Source: the human T2T-CHM13v2.0 reference genome, Homo sapiens. Taken from it: a DNA stretch of 64,000 bases. The notes under the pieces are model-generated. The model saw only the letters and a program-made list of their open reading frames with translations, made no database searches and was not told the origin of the DNA. Of this stretch, positions 42,701 through 57,700 are shown piece by piece. The translations under genes were made by a program, and so were the position numbers. The stretch lies in NCBI RefSeq assembly GCF_009914755.1, contig NC_060939.1. One strand, given 5' to 3'. Positions within the stretch are counted from its first letter, which is position 1. Each line of letters opens with the position of its first letter.

Positions 42701-45700
42701 CTGTTCTGTATGATTCCTACTGTTCGATTTCATTTTGTTCCAGTCTATTCCTTTCACGTTCATTCCATTCCATTTCACTCCATTCGATTCCATTCCACTC
42801 GATTCCACTCCGTTCCATTTCACTGCATTCCATTCTATTCAATTCTATTGCATTCCATTCCATTCCATTTGATTACATTCCATGCGATTCCATTCGAATT
42901 CGAATCAATTACATTGCAATCCATTACTATTGAGTCCGTTTTATTCCAGTCCACTCCATTCTGGTCCATTCCATTTGATTCCATTCCATTCTATTCCATT
43001 CCATAAAGTTGCATTCCATTGGATTCCATTCTATATCAATAAATTCAATTCGAGACCATTGCTTTTGAGTCCATTCTATATGATTCCATTCCATTCAAGT
43101 CCATTACATTTGGTTCAATTCCATTCCATTCCATTCCCTTCCATTCCATTCCATTTGATATCAATCCATTCGATTCCATTCCATTCGAGCACATTCCATT
43201 CGAGTCCATTCCATTCGATGCCATTCCATTTGATTCTATTCCATTAGTCTCCATTCAATTCCACTAATCTCCATTCCATTCCATTCTACTCCAACTGATT
43301 CCATTCCATTCTATTCCTTTCCATTCCATTTCATTCCATTCCATTCCATTCGCTTCCATTCCATTCGTGTCCATTCCACTCCAGTCCATTCCATTCGTGT
43401 CCATTCCATTCCAGTCCATTCCATTTGTGTCCACTGCATTCCATTCCACTCCATTCCATATTATTCCATTACACTCCATTCCATTCTATTACATTCATTT
43501 CCATTCAATTCCATTGCATTTGATTCCATTCCACTCGGTTTCATTCCATTTGAGTCCATTCCATTCCATTCCATTCCATTCCATTCCATTCCATTCCATG
43601 CCATTCCATTCCATTCCATTCAGTTCCATTCCATTCTGTTCCATTCCATTCCATTCCATTCTGTACCATTCCATATTGTTCCATTCGATTCCATTCGAAT
43701 CCATTCCATTCCAGTCCATTCCATTCGATTCCATTCCATTCCTTTCAATTCCATTCCATTCCATTCCATTCCACTTGATTCCACTCCATTCCCTTCCACT
43801 GCATTCCATTCGATTCCATTCCATTGCATTGCATTCCATTCCATTGGATTGCCTTCTATCCCATTCCATTCCATTCCAATCAATTACATAGCAATCCATT
43901 ACGTTCGTGTCTATTCTATTCCGTTCCATTCGATTTCGTTCCAATCCATTCGATTCCATTCCATTCGATTCCATTCCATTCGATTAAATTATATTCGAAT
44001 AAATTCCATTCAAGACCATTTCTGTTGAGTCCATTCTACTTGAGTCCATTCCCTTTGATCCGATAACATTTGAGTCCATTCAATTCCATTCCTTTCGTTT
44101 CCATTCCATTTGATGCCATTCCATTCAATTCTGTTCTACTCGACTCCAATACATTCAATTCCATTCCATCCGATTCCATTACATTCTTTTCATTTCTTAT
44201 CCATTTCAAGCCATTCCATTCCATTCCATTCCATTCCACTCGTTTCCTTTCCATTCGAGTCCATTCCACTCCAGTCCATTCCATTCGAATCCATTTCACT
44301 CCAGTCCATTCCATTCGAATCCATTTCACTCCAGTCCATTAAATTCGAGTACATTCCATTCCATTCTATTCAATGCCATTCCATTCGATTCTATTCCATT
44401 CGACACCATTCCTTTCCATTCCGTTCCATCCGATTCCATTCCATTGTATTCCATTCAATTCCATTCCATTGCATTCCATTCCATTCCAATCGTTTCCATT
44501 CCAATCGAATTCATTCCACTCAAGTCCATTCCATTCGAGTCCATTCCATTCCAGTCCATTCCAACAGAGTCCATTGCTTTCCATTCCATTCGATATCTTC
44601 CCATTACAGTCCATTCCATTCTATTCCTTTGGTTCCCATTCAATTAAATTCCATTGGATTACATTTCATTCGATTCCATTCCATTCGACTCCATTCCATT
44701 CGAGTCCATTCCATTCCAGTCCATTCCATTCGATTCCATTCCATTCGATTCCATTCCACTCATTTCCACTCCGTTGCATTCCATTGCATTCCATTCCATT
44801 CCATTGGATTACATTCCATTAGATTCCATTCCATTCGAATCAATTGCATTGCAATGCATTACATTCATGCCCTTTCTATTAAAGTCCAATCCATTATGGT
44901 CCATTCCATTCAATTCCATACTATTCCATTCCATTCGAATCAATTACATTGCAATCCATCACATTCGAGTACGTTCTGTTCCAGTCCATTCTGTTCTGGT
45001 CTATTCCATTCAATTCCATTCCCTTTGATTCCATTCCATTTTTGTACATTCCATTGGATTCCATCTTATTGAAATAAGTTCTATTCGAGACCATTTCTTC
45101 GAGTCCAATCAATTTGAGTCCATTCCATTCGAGTCCATTACATCTGGGTCTATTCCATTCCATCCCATTCCGTTCGATGCCATTCAATTTGATTCTTTTC
45201 CATTCGTCTCCATTCGTTTCCATTTAGTTCCACCGGATTCCATTCCATTCTATTCCTTTCCATTTCATTGCATTCCATTCAATTCCCCTGGAGACCATTC
45301 CACTTCAGTGCATTCCATTCCAGTGTATTCCACTCCATTCCATTCTATTCCATTCCATTCGATATCTTTCCATTACACTCCATTCCATTGTATTCCTTTA
45401 CAGTCCATTCAATTCCATTCTATTCGATTCCATTCAATTCAATTCCATTACATTCGACTCCATTTCATTAGTGTCCATTGCAATCCATTCCATTCCATTT
45501 CTTTATGTTCTATTCCATTCCGTTCGATTACATTTTATTCCAGTCCATTCCATTCGAGTCCATTGCATTCCAGTGCAATTCATTTGATTCCACTCCATTC
45601 GATTCCATTCCACTCAATTCCACTCCGTTCCATTCCTTTGCATTCCTTTCTATTCCATTCCATTGCATTCCATTCCAATCCATTCCATTCCATTTGTTTA

Positions 45701-48700
45701 CATTCCATTGAATTCCAATCCAGTTGAATCAATTACATTGCAGTCCATTACATTCGAGTCTGTTCTATCCCAGTTCATTCGATTCTGGTGCATTCCATTC
45801 GATTCCATTCCATTCGATACCATTCCATACTATTGCAGTCCATTCCATTCCATTGTTTTCGAAAAAATTCCAATTGAGACCATTCCTTTCGTGTCCATTC
45901 TATTTGACTCCATTCCATTTGAGTCCATTAAATTTGTGCACATTCCATTCCTTTCCATTCCATTCCATTCGGTGCCATTCCATTCCACTCTATTCCATTC
46001 AAGTCCATTCCATTTGAGTCCATTCCGTTCCATTCGATGCCATTACATTCAATTCTATTCCATTCGACTCCATTCCATTCCGTTCCCTTCCAAACGATTC
46101 CATTCCATTCTATTACTTTCTATTCCAATCCATTCCATTCCGTTCCATTCGTTTCCATTCCATTCGGGTCCACTCCACTCCAGTCCATTCCATTCGAGTC
46201 CATTCCATTCCAGTCCATTCCATTCAAGTCCATTCCACTCCATTCCATTCCATTTGATATCTTTCGATAACACCCCATTCCATTCTGTTCCTTGCAATTC
46301 AATTCAATTCCATTCCATTTGATTCCATTCCATTTGATTACATTCCATTCGACTCCATTCCATTCGACTCTATTCCATTCAAGTCCATTCCATTCCATTC
46401 CATTGCATTCCGTTCGAATCCCTATTCCATTCCATTTTGTTCCAGTCCATTCCATTTGAGTCCATTCCATGCCAATCCATTCCATTCGATTCCATTCCAA
46501 TTGATTCCATTGCACTCGAATCCAGTGCATTCCATTCCATTGCTTTCCATTCTATTACATTCCATTGCATTACATTCCATTCCATTTGATTACATTCCAT
46601 TCAATTCCATTAATTTCGAATCAATTACATTGCAATCCATTGCATTCGAGATCTATTCCAGTCCATTGCATTCCGGCGCATTCCGTTCCATTCCATTCCA
46701 TTCGATTCCATTCCAATCGAATCCATTGCATTGCAATGCTTTACATTCGAGTCCGTTTTATTCCAGTCCAATCCATTCCGGTCCATTCCGTTCGATTCCA
46801 TTCCATTCGATGCCACTCCATACTATTGTATTTCATTCGATTCCATTCAATTCAAATAAATTCCATACGAGACCATTCGTTTCAAGTCCATTCTATTGGA
46901 GTCTATTATATTTGGGTCCATTCCATTCAATTCCATTGCAATCCATTCCATTCGATGTCACCCCATTCATTTCTATTCCATTAGAGTCCATGTCATTCGA
47001 GTCCATTCCATTCTATTCCATTCCACTCCATTACATTCCATTCCACTCCATTCCATTCGTTGCCGTTCCATTCAATTCTATTATATTCCACTCCATTTAA
47101 TTCCATTCCATTCCATTCCATTCCATTCCATTCCATTCCATTCCATCCAATTCCGTTCCATTCTATTCCTTTAAAGTCCATTCCATTCCATTCCATTCAT
47201 TTCCATTCCATTCGATTAAAGTCCACTCCAGTCCTTTCCATTCGAGTCCATTCCTCTCCAGTCCATTCCGTTCAGTCCATTCCATTCCAGTCCATTCCAT
47301 TCGAGTCCGTTCCATTCCAGTCCGTTCCATTCGAGTCAATTCCATTCCATTTGATATCTTTCCATAACGATCCATTCCATTCTATCCCTTTCAATTCCAT
47401 TCAATTCCATTCCATTCCATTTCATTCCATTCGATTCCCTTCCATTGGGCTCCTTTCCATTCGAGTGCATTCCATTCCGTTCCATTTCTTTCTGTTCTGT
47501 ATGATTCCTACTGTTCGATTTCATTTTGTTCCAGTCTATTCCTTTCACGTTCATTCCATTCCATTTCACTCCATTCGATTCCATTCCACTCGATTCCACT
47601 CCGTTCCATTTCACTGCATTCCATTCTATTCAATTCTATTGCATTCCATTCCATTCCATTTGATTACATTCCATGCGATTCCATTCGAATTCGAATCAAT
47701 TACATTGCAATCCATTACTATTGAGTCCGTTTTATTCCAGTCCACTCCATTCTGGTCCATTCCATTTGATTCCATTCCATTCTATTCCATTCCATAAAGT
47801 TGCATTCCATTGGATTCCATTCTATATCAATAAATTCAATTCGAGACCATTGCTTTTGAGTCCATTCTATATGATTCCATTCCATTCAAGTCCATTACAT
47901 TTGGTTCAATTCCATTCCATTCCATTCCCTTCCATTCCATTCCATTTGATATCAATCCATTCGATTCCATTCCATTCGAGCACATTCCATTCGAGTCCAT
48001 TCCATTCGATGCCATTCCATTTGATTCTATTCCATTAGTCTCCATTCAATTCCACTAATCTCCATTCCATTCCATTCTACTCCAACTGATTCCATTCCAT
48101 TCTATTCCTTTCCATTCCATTTCATTCCATTCCATTCCATTCGCTTCCATTCCATTCGTGTCCATTCCACTCCAGTCCATTCCATTCGTGTCCATTCCAT
48201 TCCAGTCCATTCCATTTGTGTCCACTGCATTCCATTCCACTCCATTCCATATTATTCCATTACACTCCATTCCATTCTATTACATTCATTTCCATTCAAT
48301 TCCATTGCATTTGATTCCATTCCACTCGGTTTCATTCCATTTGAGTCCATTCCATTCCATTCCATTCCATTCCATTCCATTCCATGCCATTCCATTCCAT
48401 TCCATTCAGTTCCATTCCATTCTGTTCCATTCCATTCCATTCCATTCTGTACCATTCCATATTGTTCCATTCGATTCCATTCGAATCCATTCCATTCCAG
48501 TCCATTCCATTCGATTCCATTCCATTCCTTTCAATTCCATTCCATTCCATTCCATTCCACTTGATTCCACTCCATTCCCTTCCACTGCATTCCATTCGAT
48601 TCCATTCCATTGCATTGCATTCCATTCCATTGGATTGCCTTCTATCCCATTCCATTCCATTCCAATCAATTACATAGCAATCCATTACGTTCGTGTCTAT

Positions 48701-51700
48701 TCTATTCCGTTCCATTCGATTTCGTTCCAATCCATTCGATTCCATTCCATTCGATTCCATTCCATTCGATTAAATTATATTCGAATAAATTCCATTCAAG
48801 ACCATTTCTGTTGAGTCCATTCTACTTGAGTCCATTCCCTTTGATCCGATAACATTTGAGTCCATTCAATTCCATTCCTTTCGTTTCCATTCCATTTGAT
48901 GCCATTCCATTCAATTCTGTTCTACTCGACTCCAATACATTCAATTCCATTCCATCCGATTCCATTACATTCTTTTCATTTCTTATCCATTTCAAGCCAT
49001 TCCATTCCATTCCATTCCATTCCACTCGTTTCCTTTCCATTCGAGTCCATTCCACTCCAGTCCATTCCATTCGAATCCATTTCACTCCAGTCCATTCCAT
49101 TCGAATCCATTTCACTCCAGTCCATTAAATTCGAGTACATTCCATTCCATTCTATTCAATGCCATTCCATTCGATTCTATTCCATTCGACACCATTCCTT
49201 TCCATTCCGTTCCATCCGATTCCATTCCATTGTATTCCATTCAATTCCATTCCATTGCATTCCATTCCATTCCAATCGTTTCCATTCCAATCGAATTCAT
49301 TCCACTCAAGTCCATTCCATTCGAGTCCATTCCATTCCAGTCCATTCCAACAGAGTCCATTGCTTTCCATTCCATTCGATATCTTCCCATTACAGTCCAT
49401 TCCATTCTATTCCTTTGGTTCCCATTCAATTAAATTCCATTGGATTACATTTCATTCGATTCCATTCCATTCGACTCCATTCCATTCGAGTCCATTCCAT
49501 TCCAGTCCATTCCATTCGATTCCATTCCATTCGATTCCATTCCACTCATTTCCACTCCGTTGCATTCCATTGCATTCCATTCCATTCCATTGGATTACAT
49601 TCCATTAGATTCCATTCCATTCGAATCAATTGCATTGCAATGCATTACATTCATGCCCTTTCTATTAAAGTCCAATCCATTATGGTCCATTCCATTCAAT
49701 TCCATACTATTCCATTCCATTCGAATCAATTACATTGCAATCCATCACATTCGAGTACGTTCTGTTCCAGTCCATTCTGTTCTGGTCTATTCCATTCAAT
49801 TCCATTCCCTTTGATTCCATTCCATTTTTGTACATTCCATTGGATTCCATCTTATTGAAATAAGTTCTATTCGAGACCATTTCTTCGAGTCCAATCAATT
49901 TGAGTCCATTCCATTCGAGTCCATTACATCTGGGTCTATTCCATTCCATCCCATTCCGTTCGATGCCATTCAATTTGATTCTTTTCCATTCGTCTCCATT
50001 CCTTTCCATTCAGTTCCACCGGATTCCATTCCATTCTATTCCTTTCCATTTCATTGCATTCCATTCCATTCCCCTGGAGACCATTCCACTTCAGTGCATT
50101 CCATTCCAGTGTATTCCATTCCATTCCATTCTATTCCATTCCATTCGATATCTTTCCATTACACTCCATTCCATTGTATTCCTTTACAGTCCATTCAATT
50201 CCATTCTATTCGATTCCATTCAATTCAATTCCATTACATTCGACTCCATTTCATTAGTGTCCATTGCAATCCATTCCATTCCATTTCTTTATGTTCTATT
50301 CCATTCCGTTCGATTACATTTTATTCCAGTCCATTCCATTCGAGTCCATTGCATTCCAGTGCAATTCATTTGATTCCACTCCATTCGATTCCATTCCACT
50401 CAATTCCACTCTGTTCCATTCCTTTGCATTCCTTTCTATTCCATTCCATTGCATTCCATTCCATTCCATTCCATTCCATTCCATTTGTTTAAATTCCATT
50501 GAATTCCAATCCAGTTGAATCAATTACATTGCAGTCCATTACATTCGAGTCTGTTCTATCCCAGTTCATTCGATTCTGGTGCATTCCATTCGATTCCATT
50601 CCATTCGATACCATTCCATACTATTGCAGTCCATTCCATTCCATTGTTTTCGAAACAATTCCAATTGAGACCATTCCTTTCGTGTCCATTCTATTTGACT
50701 CCATTCCATTTGAGTCCATTAAATTTGTGCACATTCCATTCCTTTCCATTCCATTCCATTCGGTGCCATTCCATTCCACTCTATTCCATTCAAGTCCATT
50801 CCATTTGAGTCCATTCCGTTCCATTCGATGCCATTACATTCAATTCTATTCCATTCGACTCCATTCCATTCCATTCCCTTCCAAACGATTCCATTCCATT
50901 CTATTACTTTCTATTCCAATCCATTCCATTCCGTTCCATTCGTTTCCATTCCATTCGAGTCCACTCCACTCCAGTCCATTCCATTCGAGTCCATTCCATT
51001 CCAGTCCATTCCATTCAAGTCCATTCCACTCCATTCCATTCCATTCGATATCTTTCCATAACACGCCATTCCATTCTGTTCCTTACAATTCAATTCAATT
51101 CCATTCCATTTGATTCCATTCCATTTGATTACATTCCATTCGACTCCATTCCATTCGACTCTATTCCATTCAAGTCCATTCCACTCCATTCCATTGCATT
51201 CCGTTCGAATCCCTATTCCATTCCATTTTGTTCCAGTCCATTCCATTTGAGTCCATTCCATGCCAATCCATTCCATTCGATTCCATTCCAATTGATTCCA
51301 TTGCACTCGAATCCAGTGCGTTCCATTCCATTGCTTTCCATTCTATTCCATTCCATTGCATTACATTCCATTCCATTTGATTACATTCCATTCAATTCCA
51401 TTAATTTCGAATCAATTACATTGCAATCCATTGCATTCGAGTTCTATTCCAGTCCATTGCATTCCGGCGCATTCCGTTCCATTCCATTCCATTCCATTCC
51501 ATTCCATTCGAATCCATTGCATTGCAATGCTTTACATTCGAGTCCGTTTTATTCCAGTCCAATCCATTCTGGTCCATTCCGTTCGATTCCATTCCATTCG
51601 ATGCCACTCCATACTATTGTATTTCATTCGATTCCATTCTATTCAAATAAATTCCATTCGAGACCATTCGTTTCGAGTCCATTCTATTTGAGTCCATTCC

Positions 51701-54700
51701 ATTTGAGTCCATTACATTTGGGTCCATTTCATTCAATTCCATTGCAATCCATTCCATTCGATGTCACCCCATTCATTTCTATTCCATTAGAGTCCATGTC
51801 ATTCGAGTCCATTCCATTATATTCCATTCCACTCCATTCCATTCCATTCCACTCCATTCCAATCGTTGCCGTTCCATTCAATTCTATTATATTCCACTCC
51901 ATTTAATTCCATTCCATTCCATTCCATTCCATTCCATTCTATCCAATTCCATTGCTTTCTATTCCTTTAAAGTCCATTCCATTCCATTCCATTCATTTCC
52001 ATTCCATTCGAGTAAAGTCCACTCCAGTCCTTTCCATTCGAGTCCATTCCACTCCAGTCCATTCCGTTCATCCATTCCATTCCAGTCCATTCCATTCGAG
52101 TCCGTTCCATTCCAGTCCGTTCCATTCGAGTCAATTCCATTCCATTTGATATCTTTCCATAACGATCCATTCCATTCTATTCCTTTCAATTCCATTCAAT
52201 TCCATTCCATTCCATTTCATTCCATTCGATTCCCTTCCATTGGACTCCTTTCCATTCGAGTGCCTTCCATTCCGTTCCATTTCTTTCTGTTCTGTATGAT
52301 TCCTACTGTTCGATTTCATTTTGTTCCAGTCTATTCCTTTCACGTTCATTCCATTCCATTTCACTCCATTCGATTCCATTCCACTCGATTCCACTCCGTT
52401 CCATTTCACTGCATTCCATTCTATTCAATTCTATTGCATTCCATTCCATTCCATTTGATTACATTCCATGAGATTCCATTCGAATTCGAATCAATTACAT
52501 TGCAATCCATTACTATTGAGTCCGTTTTATTCCAGTCCACTCCATTCTGGTCCATTCCATTTGATTCCATGCCATTCTATTCCATTCCATACAGTTGCAT
52601 TCCATTGGATTCCATTCTATATCTATAAATTCAATTCGAGACCATTGCTTTTGAGTCCATTCTATATGATTCCATTCCATTCAAGTCCATTACATTTGGT
52701 TCAATTCCATTCCATTCCATTCCCTTCCATTCCATTCCATTTGATATCAATCCATTCGATTCCATTCCATTCGAGCACATTCCATTCGAGTCCATTCCAT
52801 TCGATGCCATTCCATTTGATTCTATTCCATTAGTCTCCATTCAATTCCACTAATCTCCATTCCATTCCATTCTACTCCAACTGATTCCATTCCATTCTAT
52901 TCCTTTCCATTCCATTGCATTCCATTCCATTCCATTCGCTTCCATTCCATTCGTGTCCATTCCACTCCAGTCCATTCCATTCGTGTCCATTCCATTCCAG
53001 TCCATTCCATTTGTGTCCACTGCATTCCATTCCACTCCATTCCATATTATTCCATTACACTCCATTCCATTCTATTACTTTCATTTCCATTCAATTCCAT
53101 TCCATTTGATTCCATTCCACTCGGTTTCATTCCATTTGAGTCCATTCCATTCCATTCCATGAAATGCCATTCCATTCCATTCCATTCCATTCCATTCCAT
53201 TCCATTCCATTCCATTCCATTCTGTACCATTCCATATTGTTCCATTCGATTCTTTTCGAATCCATTCCATTCCAGTCCATTCCATTCGATTCCATTCCAT
53301 TAGTTTCTATTCCATTCCTTTCAATTCCATTACATTCCATTCCATTCCACTTGATTCCACTCCATTCCCTTCCACTGCATTCCATTCGATTCCATTCCAT
53401 TGCATTGCATTCCATTCCATTGGATTGCATTCCATTCGATTCCATTCCATTACAATCAATTACATAGCAATCCATGACATTCGAGTCTATTCTATTCCGT
53501 TCCATTCGATTTCGTTCCAATCCATTCGATTCCATTCCATTCGATTCCATTCCATACTATTGCATTCCATTCGATTAAATTATATTCGAATAAATTCCAT
53601 TCAAGACCATTTCTGTTGAGTCCATTCTACTTGAGTCCATTCACTTTGATCCGATAACATTTGAGTCCATTCAATTCCATTCCTTTCGTTTCCATTCCAT
53701 TTGATGCCATTCCATTCAATTCTGTTCTACTCGACTCCAATACATTCAATTCCATTCCATCCGATTCCATTACATTCTTTTCATTTCTTATCCATTTCAA
53801 GCCATTCCATTCCATTCCATTCCATTCCACTCGTTTCCTTTCCATTCGAGTCCATTCCACTCCAGTCCATTCCATTCGAATCCATTTCACTCCAGTCCAT
53901 TCCATTCGAATCCATTTCACTCCAGTCCATTAAATTCGAGTACATTCCATTCCATTCTATTCAATGCCATTCCATTCGATTCTATTCCATTCGACACCAT
54001 TCCTTTCCATTCCGTTCCATCCGATTCCATTCCATTGTATTCCATTCAATTCCATTCCATTGCATTCCATTCCATTCCAATCGTTTCCATTCCATTCGAA
54101 TTCATTCCACTCAAGTCCATTCCATTCGAGTCCATTCCATTCCAGTCCATTCCAACAGAGTCCATTGCTTTCCATTCCATTCGATATCTTCCCATTACAG
54201 TCCATTCCATTCTATTCCTTTGGTTCCCATTCAATTAAATTCCATTGGATTACATTTCATTCGATTCCATTCCATTCGACTCCATTCCATTCGAGTCCAT
54301 TCCATTCCAGTCCATTCCATTCGATTCCATTCCATTCGATTCCATTCCACTCATTTCCACTCCGTTGCATTCCATTGCATTCCATTCCATTCCATTGGAT
54401 TACATTCCATTCGATTCCATTCCATTCGAATCAATTGCATTGCAATGCATTACATTCATGCCCTTTCTATTAAAGTCCAATCCATTATGGTCCATTCCAT
54501 TCAATTCCATTCTATTCCATTCCATTCGAATCAATTACATTGCAATCCATCACATTCGAGTACGTTCTGTTCCAGTCCATTCAGTTCTGGTCTATTCCAT
54601 TCAATTCCATTCCCTTTGATTCCATTCCATTTTTGTACATTCCATTGGATTCCATCTTATTGAAATAAGTTCTATTCGAGACCATTTCTTCGAGTCCAAT

Positions 54701-57700
54701 CAATTTGAGTCCATTCCATTCGAGTCCATTACATCTGGGTCTATTCCATACCATCCCATTCCGTTCGATGCCATTCAATTTGATTCTTTTCCATTCGTCT
54801 CCATTCCTTTCCATTCAGTTCCACCGGATTCCATTCCATTCTATTCCTTTCCATTTCATTGCATTCCATTCCATTCACCTGGAGACCATTCCACTTCAGT
54901 GTATTCCATTCCAGTGTATTCCATTCCATTCCATTCTATTCCATTCCATTCGATATCTTTCCATTACACTCCATTCCATTGTATTCCTTTACAGTCCATT
55001 CAATTCCATTCTATTCGATTCCATTCAATTCAATTCCATTACATTCGACTCCATTTCATTAGTGTCCATTGCAATCCATTCCTTTCCATTTCTTTATGTT
55101 CTATTCCATTCCGTTCGATTCCATTTTATTCCAGTCCATTCCATTCGAGTCCATTGCATTCCAGTGCAATTCATTTGATTCCTCTCCATTCGATTCCATT
55201 CCACTCAATTCCACTCCGTTCCATTCCTTTGCGTTCCTTTCTATTCCATTCCATTGCATTCCATTCCATTCCATTCCATTCCATTCCATTCCATTCCATT
55301 CCATTGCATTCCCTTCCATTTGTTTACATTCCATTGAATTCCAATCCAGTTGAATCAATTACATTGCAGTCCATTACATTCGAGTCTGTTCTATCTCAGT
55401 TCATTCGATTCTGGTGCATTCCATTCGATTCCATTCCATTCGATACCATTCCATACTATTGCAGTCCATTCCATTCCATTGTTTTCGAAAAAATTCCAAT
55501 TGAGACCATTCCTTTCGTGTCCATTCTATTTGACTCCATTCCATTTGAGTCCATTAAATTTGTGCACATTCCATTCCTTTCCATTCCATTCCATTCGGTG
55601 CCATTCCATTCCACTCTATTCCATTCAAGTCCATTCCATTTGAGTCCATTCCATTCCATTCGATGCCATTACATTCAATTCTATTCCATTCGACTCCATT
55701 CCATTCCATTCCCTTCCAAACGATTCCATTCCATTCTATTACTTTCTATTCCAATCCATTCCATTCCGTTCCATTCGTTTCCATTCCATTCAAGTCCACT
55801 ACACTCCAGTCCATTCCATTCCAGTCCATTCCATTCCAGTCCATTCCATTCAAGTCCATTCCACTCCATTCCATTCCATTCGATATCTTTCGATAACACG
55901 CCATTCCATTCTGTTCCTTACAATTCAATTCAATTCCATTCCATTTGATTCCATTCCATTTGATTACATTCCATTCGACTCCATTCCATTCGACTCTATT
56001 CCATTCAAGTCCATTCCACTCCATTCCATTGCATTCCGTTCGAATCCCTATTCCATTCCATTTTGTTCCAGTCCATTCCATTTGAGTCCATTCCATGCCA
56101 ATCCATTCCATTCGATTCCATTCCAATTGATTCCATTGCACTCGGATCCAGTGCGTTCCATTCCATTGCTTTCCATTCTATTCCATTCCATTGCATTACA
56201 TTCCATTCCATTTGATTACATTCCATTCAATTCCATTAATTTCGAATCAATTACATTGCAATCCATTGCATTCGATTTCTATTCCAGTCCATTGCATTCC
56301 GGCGCATTCCGTTCCATTCCATTCCATTCGATTCCATTCCATTCGAATCCATTGCATTGCAATGCTTTACATTCGAGTCCGTTTTATTCCAGTCCAATGC
56401 ATTCCGGTCCCTTCCGTTCGATTCCATTCCATTCGATGCCACTCCATACTATTGTATTTCATTCGATTCCATTCTATTCAAATAAATTCCATACGAGACC
56501 ATTCGTTTCGAGTCGATTCTATTTGAGTCCATTATATTTGGGTCCATTCCATTCAATTCCATTGCAATCCATTCCATTCGATGTCACCCCATTCATTTCT
56601 ATTCCATTAGAGTCCATGTCATTCGAGTCCATTCCATTCTATTCCATTCCACTCCATTCCATTGCATTCCACTCCATTCCAATCGTTGCCGTTCCATTCA
56701 ATTCTATTATATTCCACTCCATTTAATTCCATCCCATTCCATTCCATTCCATTCCATTCTATCCAATTCCTTTCCATTCTATTCCTTTAAAGTCCATTCC
56801 ATTCCATTCCATTCATTTCCATTCCATTCGAGTAAAGTCCACTCCAGTCCTTTCCATTCGAGTCCATTCCTCTCTAGTCCATTCCGTTCAATCCATTCCA
56901 TTCCAGTCCATTCCATTCGAGTCCGTTCCATTCCAGTCCGTTCCATTCGAGTCAATTCCATTCCATTTGATATCTTTCCATAACGATCCATTCCATTCTA
57001 TTCCTTTCAATTCCATTCAATTCCATTCCATTCCATTTCATTCCATTCGATTCCCTTCCATTGGACTCCTTTCCATTCGAGTGCATTCCATTCCGTTCCA
57101 TTTCTTTCTGTTCTGTATGATTCCTACTGTTCGATTTCATTTTGTTCCAGTCTATTCCTTTCACGTTCATTCCATTCCATTTCACTCCATTCGATTCCAT
57201 TCCACTCGATTCCACTCCGTTCCATTTCACTGCATTCCATTCTATTCAATTCTATTGCATTCCATTCCATTCCATTTGATTACATTCCATGCGATTCCAT
57301 TCGAATTCGAATCAATTACATTGCAATCCATTACTATTGAGTCCGTTTTATTCCAGTCCACTCCATTCTGGTCCATTCCATTTGATTCCATTCCATTCTA
57401 TTCCATTCCATACAGTTGCATTCCATTGGATTCCATTCTATGTCTATAAATTCAATTCGAGACCATTGCTTTTGAGTCCATTCTATATGATTCCATTCCA
57501 TTCAAGTCCATTACATTTGGTTCAATTCCATTCCATTCCATTCCCTTCCATTCCATTCCATTTGATATCAATCCATTCGATTCCATTCCATTCGAGCACA
57601 TTCCATTCGAGTCCATTCCATTCGATGCCATTCCATTTGATTCTATTCCATTAGTCTCCATTCAAATCCACTAATCTCCATTCCATTCCATTCTACTCCA

